A DNA stretch of 64,000 nucleotides from Polyangiaceae bacterium. GTDB taxonomy: Bacteria > Myxococcota_A > Polyangia > Polyangiales > Polyangiaceae. The stretch spans positions 832,001-896,000 of the forward strand of contig CBDCTZ010000016.1 of NCBI GenBank assembly GCA_965222375.1, read 5' to 3'. A program made the position numbers and the translations under genes. Below are positions 49,366 through 59,300 of this stretch, one piece after another. The notes beneath the pieces are model-generated. The model worked only from the letters and a program-made list of their open reading frames with translations, ran no database searches and had not been told where the DNA came from. Numbering within the stretch: position 1 is the stretch's first letter; every line of letters starts with the position of its first letter.

Positions 49366-49495
49366 GGTGCGCATCACACCTACATGTGCTACCTGGAGCG
49401 CTGACTTGCACCGCAAGGCCGCTTTCCCAGTTTCGCCTAGAGCGAGACTGCCGGTTCGAAGGCGCGACCTCAGTGAGTGGAGTCAGGGATATCCC

Positions 49496-51541
49496 GTGAT
49501 CAAGAAGGCAGTCTTTGTTTTTTCGTTGATGGCCGCTGCATGCGGCTCTGACTCGGATGCCCAAATCGGAGGTACCGGCGGGAAAGGCGGTGCCGCGGCA
49601 GGCAGTGGTTTTGGTGGCACCGGTGCAGGCACCACCGGTGGTGCCGCGGGCGCTGCAGGAGCTGCCGGCGGTGCGGGAGTTGCGGGAACAGGCGGTACGT
49701 CAGGTAGCGCCGGCACGGGTGGCGGCTCCGGAATCGGGTTGATGATCACGGAGCTGATGATCAACCCGAAGGACAAGCTAGATAGCGTGGGCGAGTACGT
49801 AGAGGTCTACAACGCTGGCCCGGCCGCGGTGGACCTCAATGGCTACACCCTCAGCGACGACTTCAGCAACTCCCACGTAATCAAGCAGGCGCTGAAGGTC
49901 GCGCCGGGCGCCTATGTCGTGCTTGGGCCCAACGACGACATCCACAACAACGGCGGCGTCCCTGTCGACTACGTTTACGACAACTTCCTACTCGCCAACG
50001 GCGGCGACTCTGTCTACCTCGACGATCCGCAATCAACCCGGGTGGCAGCGGTCAAGTATGACTCGAAGCTGCCTTGGCCCGTTGGTGACGGTGCATCCAT
50101 CGAGCTGACGAGCCTGAGCGCCGATCCCACCCAGGGATCCAGCTGGGCCCTCGCCAAGAACCGTTACGGCACGGGTGATCTCGGCACGCCCGGTGGCCCC
50201 AACGGTCTAGGCCCGGTTCCGTACACCCTCGATGCCGCCGACATGGGCTGGCAGGACCCGGTGCTCAAAGCAGGACTGGTGTTCTCCTACTTCGATGACC
50301 CGAAAAATGCGGTGCTCAAGGCGGTAAACGGCGCGACCAAGTCGATTCACATCGCCATGTTCAACCTGCGAGAGAGCAGCATCATCAAAGCGCTGGGCAC
50401 AGCCAAGGGCAAGGGCGTGGACGTGCAGGTCCTGCTCGATGCCAAGCAGATGGCGCTGCCTCACAATCAATCGAAGATCCAGGAGATCAAGGACGCAGGG
50501 ATCACCCCCGTGGGCGTGACCAACTCGAGTGCAACCAATGCGACGATGCACGACAAGTTCACTATCATCGATGGCGCGCGGGTGCTGACCGGTTCAGCTA
50601 ACTACTCCTCCAACGCTCTGAATCTCAGTGATGAGGAGTTGCTCCTAATAGACAACCCATCCGTCGCCGCATTGTTCGAAACAGAGTTCGCGGAGCTCAA
50701 AGCGGGCGGTGCCAATGCGGCCACCGCCGCGACGTCGGCACCTGTGCAAGTCAAGTTCGGCACCGATGACAAGCTCTACAACATCGTCCTATCCGAGCTG
50801 AAGGCAGCGAAGACCAGCATTCACGTGGTGATGTTCTCGATCAATCAGAGCGGGCTCATTGCCGAACTCATCGCCGCGAAACAGCGAGGCGTGCATGTGG
50901 TCGTCGTATTGGACAAGGTTCAAGCGGCCAATAGCACCGAGGACGAGAAGCTGGACGCCGCGGGGATCCCCGTGATGCGTTTCGAAAACAAGCGTGGTGG
51001 TTCCGGAAACCTCGGTTTGGTGGAAGTGCACAACAAGCTGTGCGTCATCGACGGCAAGAAGCTACTCATGGGCTCCTATAACTGGACCAACCTCGCCAGC
51101 TTCTTCAACGACGAGAACATGTTGATCCTCAGCTCTCGCTTGCTCGCCGTGCAGGCTGAGCACGAGATCGCCCAGCTCATCAACGACTACCAACCGAGCT
51201 TCAACCCCACGTCAGCGGGTTTTGCTGCGGGCACCCGAAGCGTGAAAGTGAGCGTGCGAGGCCTTTCCCTATCAGACTCCACGGAGCTGCTGCTGGTTGG
51301 TGACAACGCGACGCTGGGCGACAGCAACTACGCGCTGGCGGTGCCCCTCACTGCCGCTGGCGGTGGCACCTATGAAAAGACCGTGACGCTTCCCGCGGGC
51401 GACGCCGTCAACTACCAGCTCATCGCGCGCAGTACCGACCGACACAACTATGCCGAGCCAATCCTGACGCGCAGCTTCACGGTTCCCTACGCCAACGGGA
51501 CTGCGGAACTGAGCCACGCCTTTGGCAAGCGCCTAGACTGA
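49496..51541 (+). CDS. Lipoprotein: lamin-tail domain, two PLD (HKD) domains, CBM20-like domain
   Basis: Lipobox AAAC; ITELMINP...GEYVEVYN...GTPG (LTD); MHDKFTIIDG and VHNKLCVIDG; C-terminal VG...LG...AVPL...V.LP.G Ig fold. Confidence 0.9.
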   Translation: MIKKAVFVFSLMAAACGSDSDAQIGGTGGKGGAAAGSGFGGTGAGTTGGAAGAAGAAGGAGVAGTGGTSGSAGTGGGSGIGLMITELMINPKDKLDSVGEYVEVYNAGPAAVDLNGYTLSDDFSNSHVIKQALKVAPGAYVVLGPNDDIHNNGGVPVDYVYDNFLLANGGDSVYLDDPQSTRVAAVKYDSKLPWPVGDGASIELTSLSADPTQGSSWALAKNRYGTGDLGTPGGPNGLGPVPYTLDAADMGWQDPVLKAGLVFSYFDDPKNAVLKAVNGATKSIHIAMFNLRESSIIKALGTAKGKGVDVQVLLDAKQMALPHNQSKIQEIKDAGITPVGVTNSSATNATMHDKFTIIDGARVLTGSANYSSNALNLSDEELLLIDNPSVAALFETEFAELKAGGANAATAATSAPVQVKFGTDDKLYNIVLSELKAAKTSIHVVMFSINQSGLIAELIAAKQRGVHVVVVLDKVQAANSTEDEKLDAAGIPVMRFENKRGGSGNLGLVEVHNKLCVIDGKKLLMGSYNWTNLASFFNDENMLILSSRLLAVQAEHEIAQLINDYQPSFNPTSAGFAAGTRSVKVSVRGLSLSDSTELLLVGDNATLGDSNYALAVPLTAAGGGTYEKTVTLPAGDAVNYQLIARSTDRHNYAEPILTRSFTVPYANGTAELSHAFGKRLD

Positions 51542-51556
51542 TGCCATGGTTGCCGC

Positions 51557-52522
51557 GTGTGGCGGCAACTCGCAGAGCAATGCGCATTCAGGTCGTGGCG
51601 GGTTCTGTCCCCCCCGCCACGGCTCGCGAGCTTGCGGGCGCAAACCCTCGCTCTGATCGTCTCAGCATGCGTGGCGAACGCAGGTTGCGCGACAGCTGGC
51701 GGTAGCAGCTTCGGCAAAGGTCCGCGCTCGTCGTCCCAAGCCGCTCCGCCCGGCGTCGCGTCCAAGTCATCCAACCCCGACAGCACGCAGCCCAGCGCCC
51801 TGACGCCCGATGGCCCTGAACCCGACAACCGGGCGGAGCCTGCTGGCGAAACGCGCCTGGTTGAACTCACGGTTGTCGGCCACCGCCCCGCCATCGTGAG
51901 CGTGCCTCCTGGGTCCCGGACTGCTCCGGTGATGGTCGCCGCCCACGGCGCCGGCGATCGCGCTGAAGAGCAGTGTGCCTACTGGGCGCATCACGTCGGG
52001 CGCCACGTGTTCATTCTGTGTCCTCGCGGCGTGCCCATGAATCGTCATCCGCAGACGGGCTGGTTCTTTCGGCACCACCACGCGTTGGGCAAAGAGGTCC
52101 AAGCCGCCATCAAAGCGTTCCGCGCCGAACACCCCCGTGCGGACACGCGCGCCATGGTCTTCACGGGCTACTCCCAGGGCGCAACCATGGGTGCTCTGCA
52201 TGCCCACACGGTTCCCGGTCAGTTATCGCGTCTGCTCCTGATCGAAGGTGGCTTCGGCGAGTGGGATATCCCTACCGCCAAGAAGTTCCTCTCCCAGGGG
52301 GGCAAGCGCGTGGTGCTGTTGTGCGGGATCACTCACTGCGCCCACGGAGCCAAGCGTGGGCGTGCCATGCTCGAGCGAGGCAAGGTTCCAGTTCGCATCG
52401 AATACGTCAAAGGCGGTGGGCACACCTATGGCGGAAGCGTCGGAGAGCGCGCAGTGGAGCACCTCGCGTGGCTCGTGGAGGACGACGAGCGTTGGTCCAA
52501 GTGGCGCAAGTCACGCGAGTGA
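51557..52522 (+). CDS. Alpha/beta hydrolase lipoprotein (carboxylesterase-like)
   Basis: AHGAG, GYSQG nucleophile elbow, GGGH. The start is uncertain. Confidence 0.8.
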   Translation: MWRQLAEQCAFRSWRVLSPPPRLASLRAQTLALIVSACVANAGCATAGGSSFGKGPRSSSQAAPPGVASKSSNPDSTQPSALTPDGPEPDNRAEPAGETRLVELTVVGHRPAIVSVPPGSRTAPVMVAAHGAGDRAEEQCAYWAHHVGRHVFILCPRGVPMNRHPQTGWFFRHHHALGKEVQAAIKAFRAEHPRADTRAMVFTGYSQGATMGALHAHTVPGQLSRLLLIEGGFGEWDIPTAKKFLSQGGKRVVLLCGITHCAHGAKRGRAMLERGKVPVRIEYVKGGGHTYGGSVGERAVEHLAWLVEDDERWSKWRKSRE

Positions 52523-52858
52523 GTCGAGGGCCGGCTTCGGCGCCCTCCGCGCCCGCGAGCGACCGTGCGCTCGGCTTTGCGCGCTGCCTCTCCTTGTTCG
52601 CAGGAGGCCAGCGTGGCGAGTCGCAGGCTGTGTTTTCGCCAGAATGAGCAAGCTTATGCCGTTTCAACACGATGAACGGAACCCGAGATCCATCGCGTCG
52701 CGACCGCGCTCGGCTGGTTGTTCGGCGCACCCTGACCCAGCACTAGATTAGGGCTCGAGGGCCGCGGCAACTCCGCGACCCCAACCAAACAAATCCAGCA
52801 CTAGACCGCACCATTTCCGCGACCTCAAAAACAACAACCGATCCAGCTGTTCCGCTGG

Positions 52859-53551
52859 CTAGAGCTGGAAGCAATACAGCCGCCGCTCGCCGTCGCAGTC
52901 TTGGGGTGTGGAGGTTTCCGTCCAAGGCTTCTTGGAACTGTTGGCCTCGCCGACCACGCCATGCAAACTGCTGTCAGTACTGGTCCATTTCCCGCAGGTC
53001 GCCGTCGCTGCTGTCCCGCCCGGCCTGGTTCCCGTCCAGACCTGCTGCGTGCCACTCAAGGGTTGGCCATCTTCGAAGAAGTTGATGGGACTCTGCAAGA
53101 AGCCACTCAGTAGTTCACTCTTGCGATCGGCGACTCGCGTTCCGTTGGATAATTCCCAGGGCCCGTCGCTGGTGAGTCGACTCGCTGCGTTCGAGTCCTT
53201 GGAGGAAATCCAGGCCACGAACTTGCCTGGCACCCCAGCCGAGGACGCAACTTCGTTGCAGATCGCATCTGCGCCCTGAGGGCCCGTGAGATCTCCCTTG
53301 GTCTTGCGACTCGAGATGAAAACGAGACGGCTTCCCCCCGCGCCGCCCGCCTGGCCGCCGCTGGCCGCTTGACCACCGCCGCCCGCCTGGCCGCCACTGC
53401 CCGCCTGCCAGCCGCTGCCGGTCTGTCCGCCGGTCCCCGAGCTGAACTCATCACCGCCACAGCCCAAGCAAAACGCTCCGGCAATGGCCCCGGCCAAAAG
53501 CCGACTGATTGTTCCCGCAGCCCTCACAGCGCCCTGCCGCGAAGGTACCAT
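52859..53551 (-). CDS. Lipoprotein with DUF1554/endostatin-like domain
   Basis: Lipobox CLGC; VFISS...GDL.G..GADAIC...AWIS...VWTGT...C..WT...LYCFQ. Confidence 0.8.
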   Translation of the reverse strand: MVPSRQGAVRAAGTISRLLAGAIAGAFCLGCGGDEFSSGTGGQTGSGWQAGSGGQAGGGGQAASGGQAGGAGGSRLVFISSRKTKGDLTGPQGADAICNEVASSAGVPGKFVAWISSKDSNAASRLTSDGPWELSNGTRVADRKSELLSGFLQSPINFFEDGQPLSGTQQVWTGTRPGGTAATATCGKWTSTDSSLHGVVGEANSSKKPWTETSTPQDCDGERRLYCFQL

Positions 53552-53601
53552 GAACCTCGGGCCGGGCCAGGCTGGAGATAAGGCGAAGGGTCGCGGCAAA
53601 T

Positions 53602-53765
53602 CGCCCACCCACGTCGGGGGGGGAGTGCGTCCATCGGTACGAGTGGCGACTCAGTTGCGAAGCATCGCGCCACGCACAGCGCTCGCGCGACGTAACGCCC
53701 ACCGAACCACCCTGGTGCCACAAAGCGCCCACCCACATCGGGGGGGAGTGCGTCCATCGGTACGA
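53602..53765. repeat. Two 40-bp direct repeats (CGCCCACCCACRTCG-Gn-AGTGCGTCCATCGGTACGA)
   Basis: Copies at 53602-53642 and 53726-53765. Confidence 0.9.
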
Positions 53766-53822
53766 ACGCCGCGTGGGTTGCGGACCCTGTCGGAGAAATC
53801 TCGTGTTGTGGGTTTGGGTCGC

Positions 53823-53954
53823 GGCGTTTTGCGTCGCTGGTGCTCTACTCTCGCCCTTACCCGGGTTGGGGCAGTCTCGGCGTTCTTGCGTCGCAGGTGC
53901 CTTACGCTCGCCGTTACCCGGGTTGGGGCAACGTCGGGGGTTGGGGCAACGTCG
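53823..53954. repeat. Imperfect 57-bp tandem duplication carrying the ACCCGGGTTG REP-like core
   Basis: Cores at 53859 and 53916. Confidence 0.75.
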
Positions 53955-53976
53955 TACCCTGGTCGGGGCGCCGGCG

Positions 53977-55701
53977 TCAGGGCGCTCGGCGCTTGTAGAC
54001 CCAGACCACCGGGACGCCGTGATAGGTGCCCACGTGTCCGGGGGAGGTCGTGCCGTAGTCGAGCCACAGTTGATATTCCATGCGGCTCATGTGCGGCTCG
54101 TAGTGATGCAGTGACATGTTCGACCCCTCCATGGTCCAGGAGCCGCGCAGCTGCTTCGAGAGCCTGCCGTCAGCAATCATTTGGTCCCAGGACTGCATGG
54201 CGGTGTCGTGGGGGTAGACCCGAACGCCTGGGGCGGCGTTGTCGTTGAGATAACCCTGAATGGCACCGACCGAGTAGCCCCAGAACGTGCGATTCAGTCC
54301 CAGGTTGGCGGCTCCGGTGGCGCCGCCGACGATGGGCGTGTAGCCGCCCAGGCCCCAGGGGTGGGACTGCAGCGTGATCAGCGTAGGCGCGGCCAAGGCG
54401 CAGGCGACGAGGCCCACCCGCAACGGGATCCCGCGCAACTTTGCGGCAAGTTTCGGCAGCGATCGCTCCGCGGAAGCATGCAGCTCGTAAAACGCGCGTG
54501 CGGCGAACAGGCACAAGAAGGGATACGCCGTGATCCAGTGCTTGGTGCCTCCAAAGATCGGCGTGTTGCTGGAAACCCATGGGGCATAGCTGGTCAAGAT
54601 GCACAGCAACCACAGCACTTCGGTGCCGACCCGGCGTTGGTCCACCCGGGTTGGTTTCCAAGGCTCCAGCGTCTTGCCGAAACGAGCCGTCAGCTTCCCC
54701 AGCATGCCCCTGGCTCGGCACAGTAGGAAATGCCGAACCCCTGAACCCAGCCCGACGATGAACAAGCCCAGGGTCACGGCGGGCACCGTGGCCAAGGTCA
54801 TCACCCAGGCGTAGGCCCGTGGCATCGGCGGCTTCCAGTAGGTGCGGCCGAGGAACTCCATGTTGTAGTACTCGTGGTGCATGTGGAACGCCACGTAGGT
54901 CGACAGGCGCTTCCCCGTGTCGTGCCAAATCCACGGCCACAACGCGTAGAACACCAAAGGGCCGATCAGTGCCATGGCGAAGAGCGCTTTGGGGATGCGG
55001 ACCTGACCGATTTTGAGACCCCTCCATAGGCTGCGCCAGCGCACGATGAATAGCCACGCGATCAGAGCGGGGGGCAACAGCCACGAATTGTGCTTCGTGT
55101 TCAGTAGCAGGCCGTAGAGCACGCCGACGAAGATGGCGAAGACGAGCCCGCGATCCAGTGAACGCCAGAAGGCGTAGGTTGTGATGAGCCACATGGCCGC
55201 AACGGGCATGTCGAAGCAGTCGAGGTGTGCGTGGTAGAACACGCGCGGCATCATTCCCAACAGAACGGCTGCAACGACGCCTGCTGTTCGGCTGATGCTC
55301 TTCGCGCCCCACAGGTAGGTCACGGCGAGAGCGATGCCGCTCAACACCATGCCTGGGAATCGAAACGCCGTTCCAGCGTCCGCGAAGACCTTGTGTTTCT
55401 CGAACAGGTACAGGTTCGAGAGGGCGAATAGTCCCTTCATGAACGCCGGGTGCTCGCTGTTGGCGACCCAATAGCGATCGACGGTTGCGCGGGTAAGCGC
55501 CTGGTCCGGGTCCTTCAGCAGCAGCTCGAACCAGGCGCCGTAGCTTCGGGCTGCCTGGAAGTAGAAACCCTCGTCTCGGGCGTAGCCAAGGTTGTCTGCG
55601 GTGAGCAGCAACAACGCCACGTAGCCGCAGCACAGAGCAAGCGCCACCAGAGGGTCCGTGCCGGCGACCAGCCAACGGCGACTGCGTGAAGGCTCGTTCA
55701 T
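53977..55701 (-). CDS. GT-C glycosyltransferase (GT39/ArnT-like)
   Basis: GYARDEGFY, EHPAFMK, LLLNTKHN, LWPWIW motifs; many TM helices. Confidence 0.85.
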   Translation of the reverse strand: MNEPSRSRRWLVAGTDPLVALALCCGYVALLLLTADNLGYARDEGFYFQAARSYGAWFELLLKDPDQALTRATVDRYWVANSEHPAFMKGLFALSNLYLFEKHKVFADAGTAFRFPGMVLSGIALAVTYLWGAKSISRTAGVVAAVLLGMMPRVFYHAHLDCFDMPVAAMWLITTYAFWRSLDRGLVFAIFVGVLYGLLLNTKHNSWLLPPALIAWLFIVRWRSLWRGLKIGQVRIPKALFAMALIGPLVFYALWPWIWHDTGKRLSTYVAFHMHHEYYNMEFLGRTYWKPPMPRAYAWVMTLATVPAVTLGLFIVGLGSGVRHFLLCRARGMLGKLTARFGKTLEPWKPTRVDQRRVGTEVLWLLCILTSYAPWVSSNTPIFGGTKHWITAYPFLCLFAARAFYELHASAERSLPKLAAKLRGIPLRVGLVACALAAPTLITLQSHPWGLGGYTPIVGGATGAANLGLNRTFWGYSVGAIQGYLNDNAAPGVRVYPHDTAMQSWDQMIADGRLSKQLRGSWTMEGSNMSLHHYEPHMSRMEYQLWLDYGTTSPGHVGTYHGVPVVWVYKRRAP

Positions 55702-56612
55702 CGCATGTCCGCCGCGAAGCAGAAGTGGCGGTTGCTCACACTCGTGCTGGACACTCGGAACTGCACCTTGCCGCGCGTGCCCGGGCTCGCTCCCGTTGGG
55801 AAGCGGAAGCCCGCCCAACCCATGAGGTCTTCTTGCACGTGAGTTCCAACCAGCTTGCCGTTGACGCGCACCTCGAGTTGGACCGGCGCGCCACCTCCGT
55901 TGCGAACCATCAGATAGGGCAAGCCTGCGTGTCCCCGAAGTTCGGCGCCAAGTGGGACGTCAGCGAACTCGAGGGTCAGGGGACCATTGGGTGTTGGGTA
56001 GGCATGAATGCAACGCCGGGGACGGTCGTCGGGATCGTCAATGACGGTCACGCCGACGAGGTAGGGCTCCCCAGATGGGCAGCTGAAGCGTTTCCGAGGG
56101 TAGGTTGGATTGCCGGCCAGGCCGCCGCTCTTTGGGCGGTGGCGAGTGGACCACTTGCAGGGCTTCTGGTCGGGGCCGCTGGTCTCGGTGACGACGGCCT
56201 CGCTGAGTGCGTCCACGAAATCCAGTTGCACTCGAGGCGCCTTTGGATTGGAAAGCACGCGTAGGAAAAAGCGACCAGAGTTTCGGGACTCGGTCACGCT
56301 CCAAGCCGACAGTTCCGGATCCGAGCTACCGAGAATGCTGATCTCCACCGCGCTACGGTAGCCATCCAGGCTTGGCCGCGCGACGTCGCGCAAGGGCATG
56401 AGTTCGTCACCCAGCGCAGCGCGAGCCAGGGGTTCTGCCCAACGCGGTGACACGACGACGACGGCCTCCGGGGCCTTGGCTTCGCGCACCTCGGAGGCCA
56501 TGGCGCGCCACTCGCCCAGATCCGGTGCGCGCTGGGTGGCCCAAAGCTGTCCGCCGAGTTCGGCAATACCCACCACGGGCAGCCCGATCCACAGCCAGCT
56601 CAGGACGCGCAT
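55698..56612 (-). CDS. Membrane-anchored hypothetical protein with C-terminal beta-sandwich
   Basis: N-terminal TM helix; RRCIHAYP...HFCF; ATGA overlap with the GT-C gene. Confidence 0.75.
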   Translation of the reverse strand: MRVLSWLWIGLPVVGIAELGGQLWATQRAPDLGEWRAMASEVREAKAPEAVVVVSPRWAEPLARAALGDELMPLRDVARPSLDGYRSAVEISILGSSDPELSAWSVTESRNSGRFFLRVLSNPKAPRVQLDFVDALSEAVVTETSGPDQKPCKWSTRHRPKSGGLAGNPTYPRKRFSCPSGEPYLVGVTVIDDPDDRPRRCIHAYPTPNGPLTLEFADVPLGAELRGHAGLPYLMVRNGGGAPVQLEVRVNGKLVGTHVQEDLMGWAGFRFPTGASPGTRGKVQFRVSSTSVSNRHFCFAADMR

Positions 56613-56698
56613 GGCGCGCGAGACTGCCACAAAACGCTCATCGGTCGGCCGATGCGCGTGCCGGCTCGGCGCCCAACCTGGGGAAGGTCCAGCCCAGC

Positions 56699-56752
56699 AA
56701 TCAACCCGGGTGAGGTGCTGGGGGCGGGCTGAGCGGATCAACCCGGGTGGGG
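56699..56752. repeat. Two REP-like copies (ATCAACCCGGGTG)
   Basis: Cores at 56704 and 56741. Confidence 0.85.
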
Positions 56753-57109
56753 CGATCGGGTGCTGGACTTGCGACCGATCAAGATCCTTGAGTCCATTGC
56801 TGATCGGCAATGCTGATCGTGCAGATCTGCAATGTTGCTTGAGAGTACCGCTATAAATATTGGATATTTCAACTAATTGTAGTGGCACGCCGGGTGCATC
56901 GTTGGAGCACGGCAACGGTCAGGAAGCCTTCTTTGGTTTCCGCTGCTGCCGCAATCTACAACACGGTACCTGGACGTACCCCCCCTCCGTTCGGGTGCCG
57001 TGTTCCTACTCCGCACGGCGATTCGAGACGATCCCCCCCTCCGTCCGAGTCGCCGTGCTCTTTTTTGTTCACCATGCTCACGAGCGCCGTTTTCGCCTAA
57101 TTCGGCGCA

Positions 57110-57920
57110 ATGAGCCCAGGGAACCCGCCCGAGCCCAGCAGAGCAGCTCGCCTGCTGGAGCCGCTGCTGCTGCGCATGGCGCACTGTCATCAGCCTGGTG
57201 CACGGACTGCACACTCTGCCCACCACCCTCATGCCGACAGAGGCGTTTGGCCATCTAGAGCAGCTGGGCGCGCTGACGAAACCCGAGTCCCCGCACTTCG
57301 ATTTGCTGCGGTGCGCGTTGAGTGAAACCGACCCTGCAGCGTTGGATAGCTGGCCCCCAAGGACCTCCGTCGGGCGCGGGCTTCGGCCGACAAGCTCTTG
57401 CGCAGGCTGCAAACGAAGTTCGAGTCGCGCAGTCTTCGTCGTTTGAAGGTGGTTCGAGTAGTTCGGATCGCAGCGGTAGTTGGAGTGCCGGTGCTCGCTG
57501 TGCTTCGCTTTTGCGCAGCTGTTTCTAGCGCCTGTCAATGTCGCGCGCGACAAACCCGTCATCGCGAGTAGCACCTCTATAGGGCTCCCACCTACCGTCG
57601 TCGTGGACGGCATCATCGATGCGGCGTGCGGCGTGCGGACGCGTCCCGAGAAGGACCCATAGGTACCGACTGATCTGCTGAAACATTGACCCATTCGAAG
57701 TGCGTTGTTGTACCCGGCCGCAGAGTTACCGAAGCTGCCCCTCGTAGTCGAGCTTTCGGCAGACGGAGAAAACTCCAGGCAAGTGGCTCGTCGCGGCCAC
57801 CCGATGAGCGCTGGCTTGCGTTGGCGCTTGGCGATGAAGGACACAGTCGGTCGCTACCCGCGAGTGCGCGTCCTGAGTGACGGAGCTCATCTATGCCTTG
57901 CTGAAGTCGATGCCTTTTCG
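57110..57920 (+). pseudogene. Decayed gene ending in an F5/8 type C (discoidin)-like domain
   Basis: NVARDKPVIASST...VVDG and LPLVVELSADGE...GRY.RVR...L.LAEVDAF are broken by frameshifts and stops. Confidence 0.55.
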
Positions 57921-58044
57921 CGCCTCGCGACCGCTGAACGGGCGTATCCCAGCGGCCTGGCGCCGAGGGCAATCCGACGAGCGCGTTGGAGCGCGCTATG
58001 CGCTATGGTTCCGCCGTTCGGATTTGTCAGCCATGTTCACGCCT

Positions 58045-58437
58045 GCACTGCCGGTCGAAGCCCCTTACTTCAACGAAGAACTCAACATCCCCGAGCTGGC
58101 GCGTCGTGTGCTGCACGTTTTCGATGGTGCTGAGCTCCCGGGCGAGTTGGTTCTGGCGGACGACGGGTTCTCCGGCGGCACGCGTGCGGCTACAGAGGCG
58201 CGAGAGAAGGCCCACCCGGGCCGAGCCGTGGGCCGCTTTCATCCCAATCGAGGCATGACCTTCGCTTGGAAAACCGGGGTGGCCGCTGCAGCCGCACCTG
58301 CTGTGACCGTCATCGACTCTGACCACGATGGGGATCACTACTACTGGCAGTCTTGCATCATGCTCGCGGCCCACGCGAAGGTGTACTCCTGCAAGGAAGT
58401 TGAAACCTCGTTCGAGAATCGCGTCGCGGTGAGCTGA
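58045..58437 (+). pseudogene. GT2 glycosyltransferase remnant
   Basis: PYFNEELNI, LVLADDG, NRG...AWKTG, IDSD, then an abrupt jump to YYWQS.IM.AAHAK...KEVET.FENR. Confidence 0.75.
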
Positions 58438-59279
58438 TGGCGCTGCCGTACGAAGATCATATCGACAATGTTTCCGCCGACTACGGAACGGAGCACTTCA
58501 CCGCCGAAGAGTTCGGAACCTTCGACGATTTGGAGGAGCACCACTACTGGTTCCTGCATCGACGCCAGGTCATTCTCGAGGAGCTGATCCGAGCCGGGGT
58601 GCCTCGCAGTGCGCGGCTGGTGGATTTGGGATGCGGCATCGGAACTGTTGCGACCCATTTGAACCAGCGCGGGTTTTCCGTGGACTACTCGGATATCCAC
58701 GGTGAGGCCTTGGTTCGTGCGCGCGCCAACGCTGAGGAACTACTCGGCCCAAAGCTTTCTCAACGGCGCTTCATGCGATTCGATGTGCTGCGCAACCCCC
58801 TGCCGGCCGGCTACGATGGCGTGCTTATGCTCGACGTGCTTGAGCACCTGCCGGATGATCACTTGGCCCTGTGCAACGCGACCCAGGAGCTCCCTTGTGG
58901 AGGCCTGGTGATGTTCACGGTGCCTGCGTTCCAGCTGCTTTGGTCCCCTTGGGACGAACTGGCGAACCACAAGCGGCGTTACACGATGGCCAAAGCTCGC
59001 AAGTTGGCCGAGGGTGCAGGCTTGGTCGTGCAGCGAACGACGTGCTTCTTCTTTCCGCTCTTCTTCGCCGCCTTGGGTGTCAAGGCGCTGCGCAAGGCGA
59101 GGGAGCTGGTGAGCGGGCCGCCGCCCCAGGCAAAAAGCTTCGACGAACTCACCGAATCGAAGACCCATCCGTTGTTGAACAAAGCCATGCTCGCAGCGCT
59201 AGCCTTTGAGCACCCTCTCCGACGCTCTGCGGGATACGCTTTGGGCACCAGCGTGATGTGCGTGGCTCGCAGGCCCTGA
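58437..59279 (+). CDS. Class I SAM-dependent methyltransferase (GT-cluster type)
   Basis: HYWF..RR, VDLGCGIG, LDVLEHL, TVPAF..LWS.WD...HKRRY motifs. Confidence 0.9.
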   Translation: MALPYEDHIDNVSADYGTEHFTAEEFGTFDDLEEHHYWFLHRRQVILEELIRAGVPRSARLVDLGCGIGTVATHLNQRGFSVDYSDIHGEALVRARANAEELLGPKLSQRRFMRFDVLRNPLPAGYDGVLMLDVLEHLPDDHLALCNATQELPCGGLVMFTVPAFQLLWSPWDELANHKRRYTMAKARKLAEGAGLVVQRTTCFFFPLFFAALGVKALRKARELVSGPPPQAKSFDELTESKTHPLLNKAMLAALAFEHPLRRSAGYALGTSVMCVARRP

Positions 59280-59300
59280 GCCGTGCCAAGGGCCGGGCCC

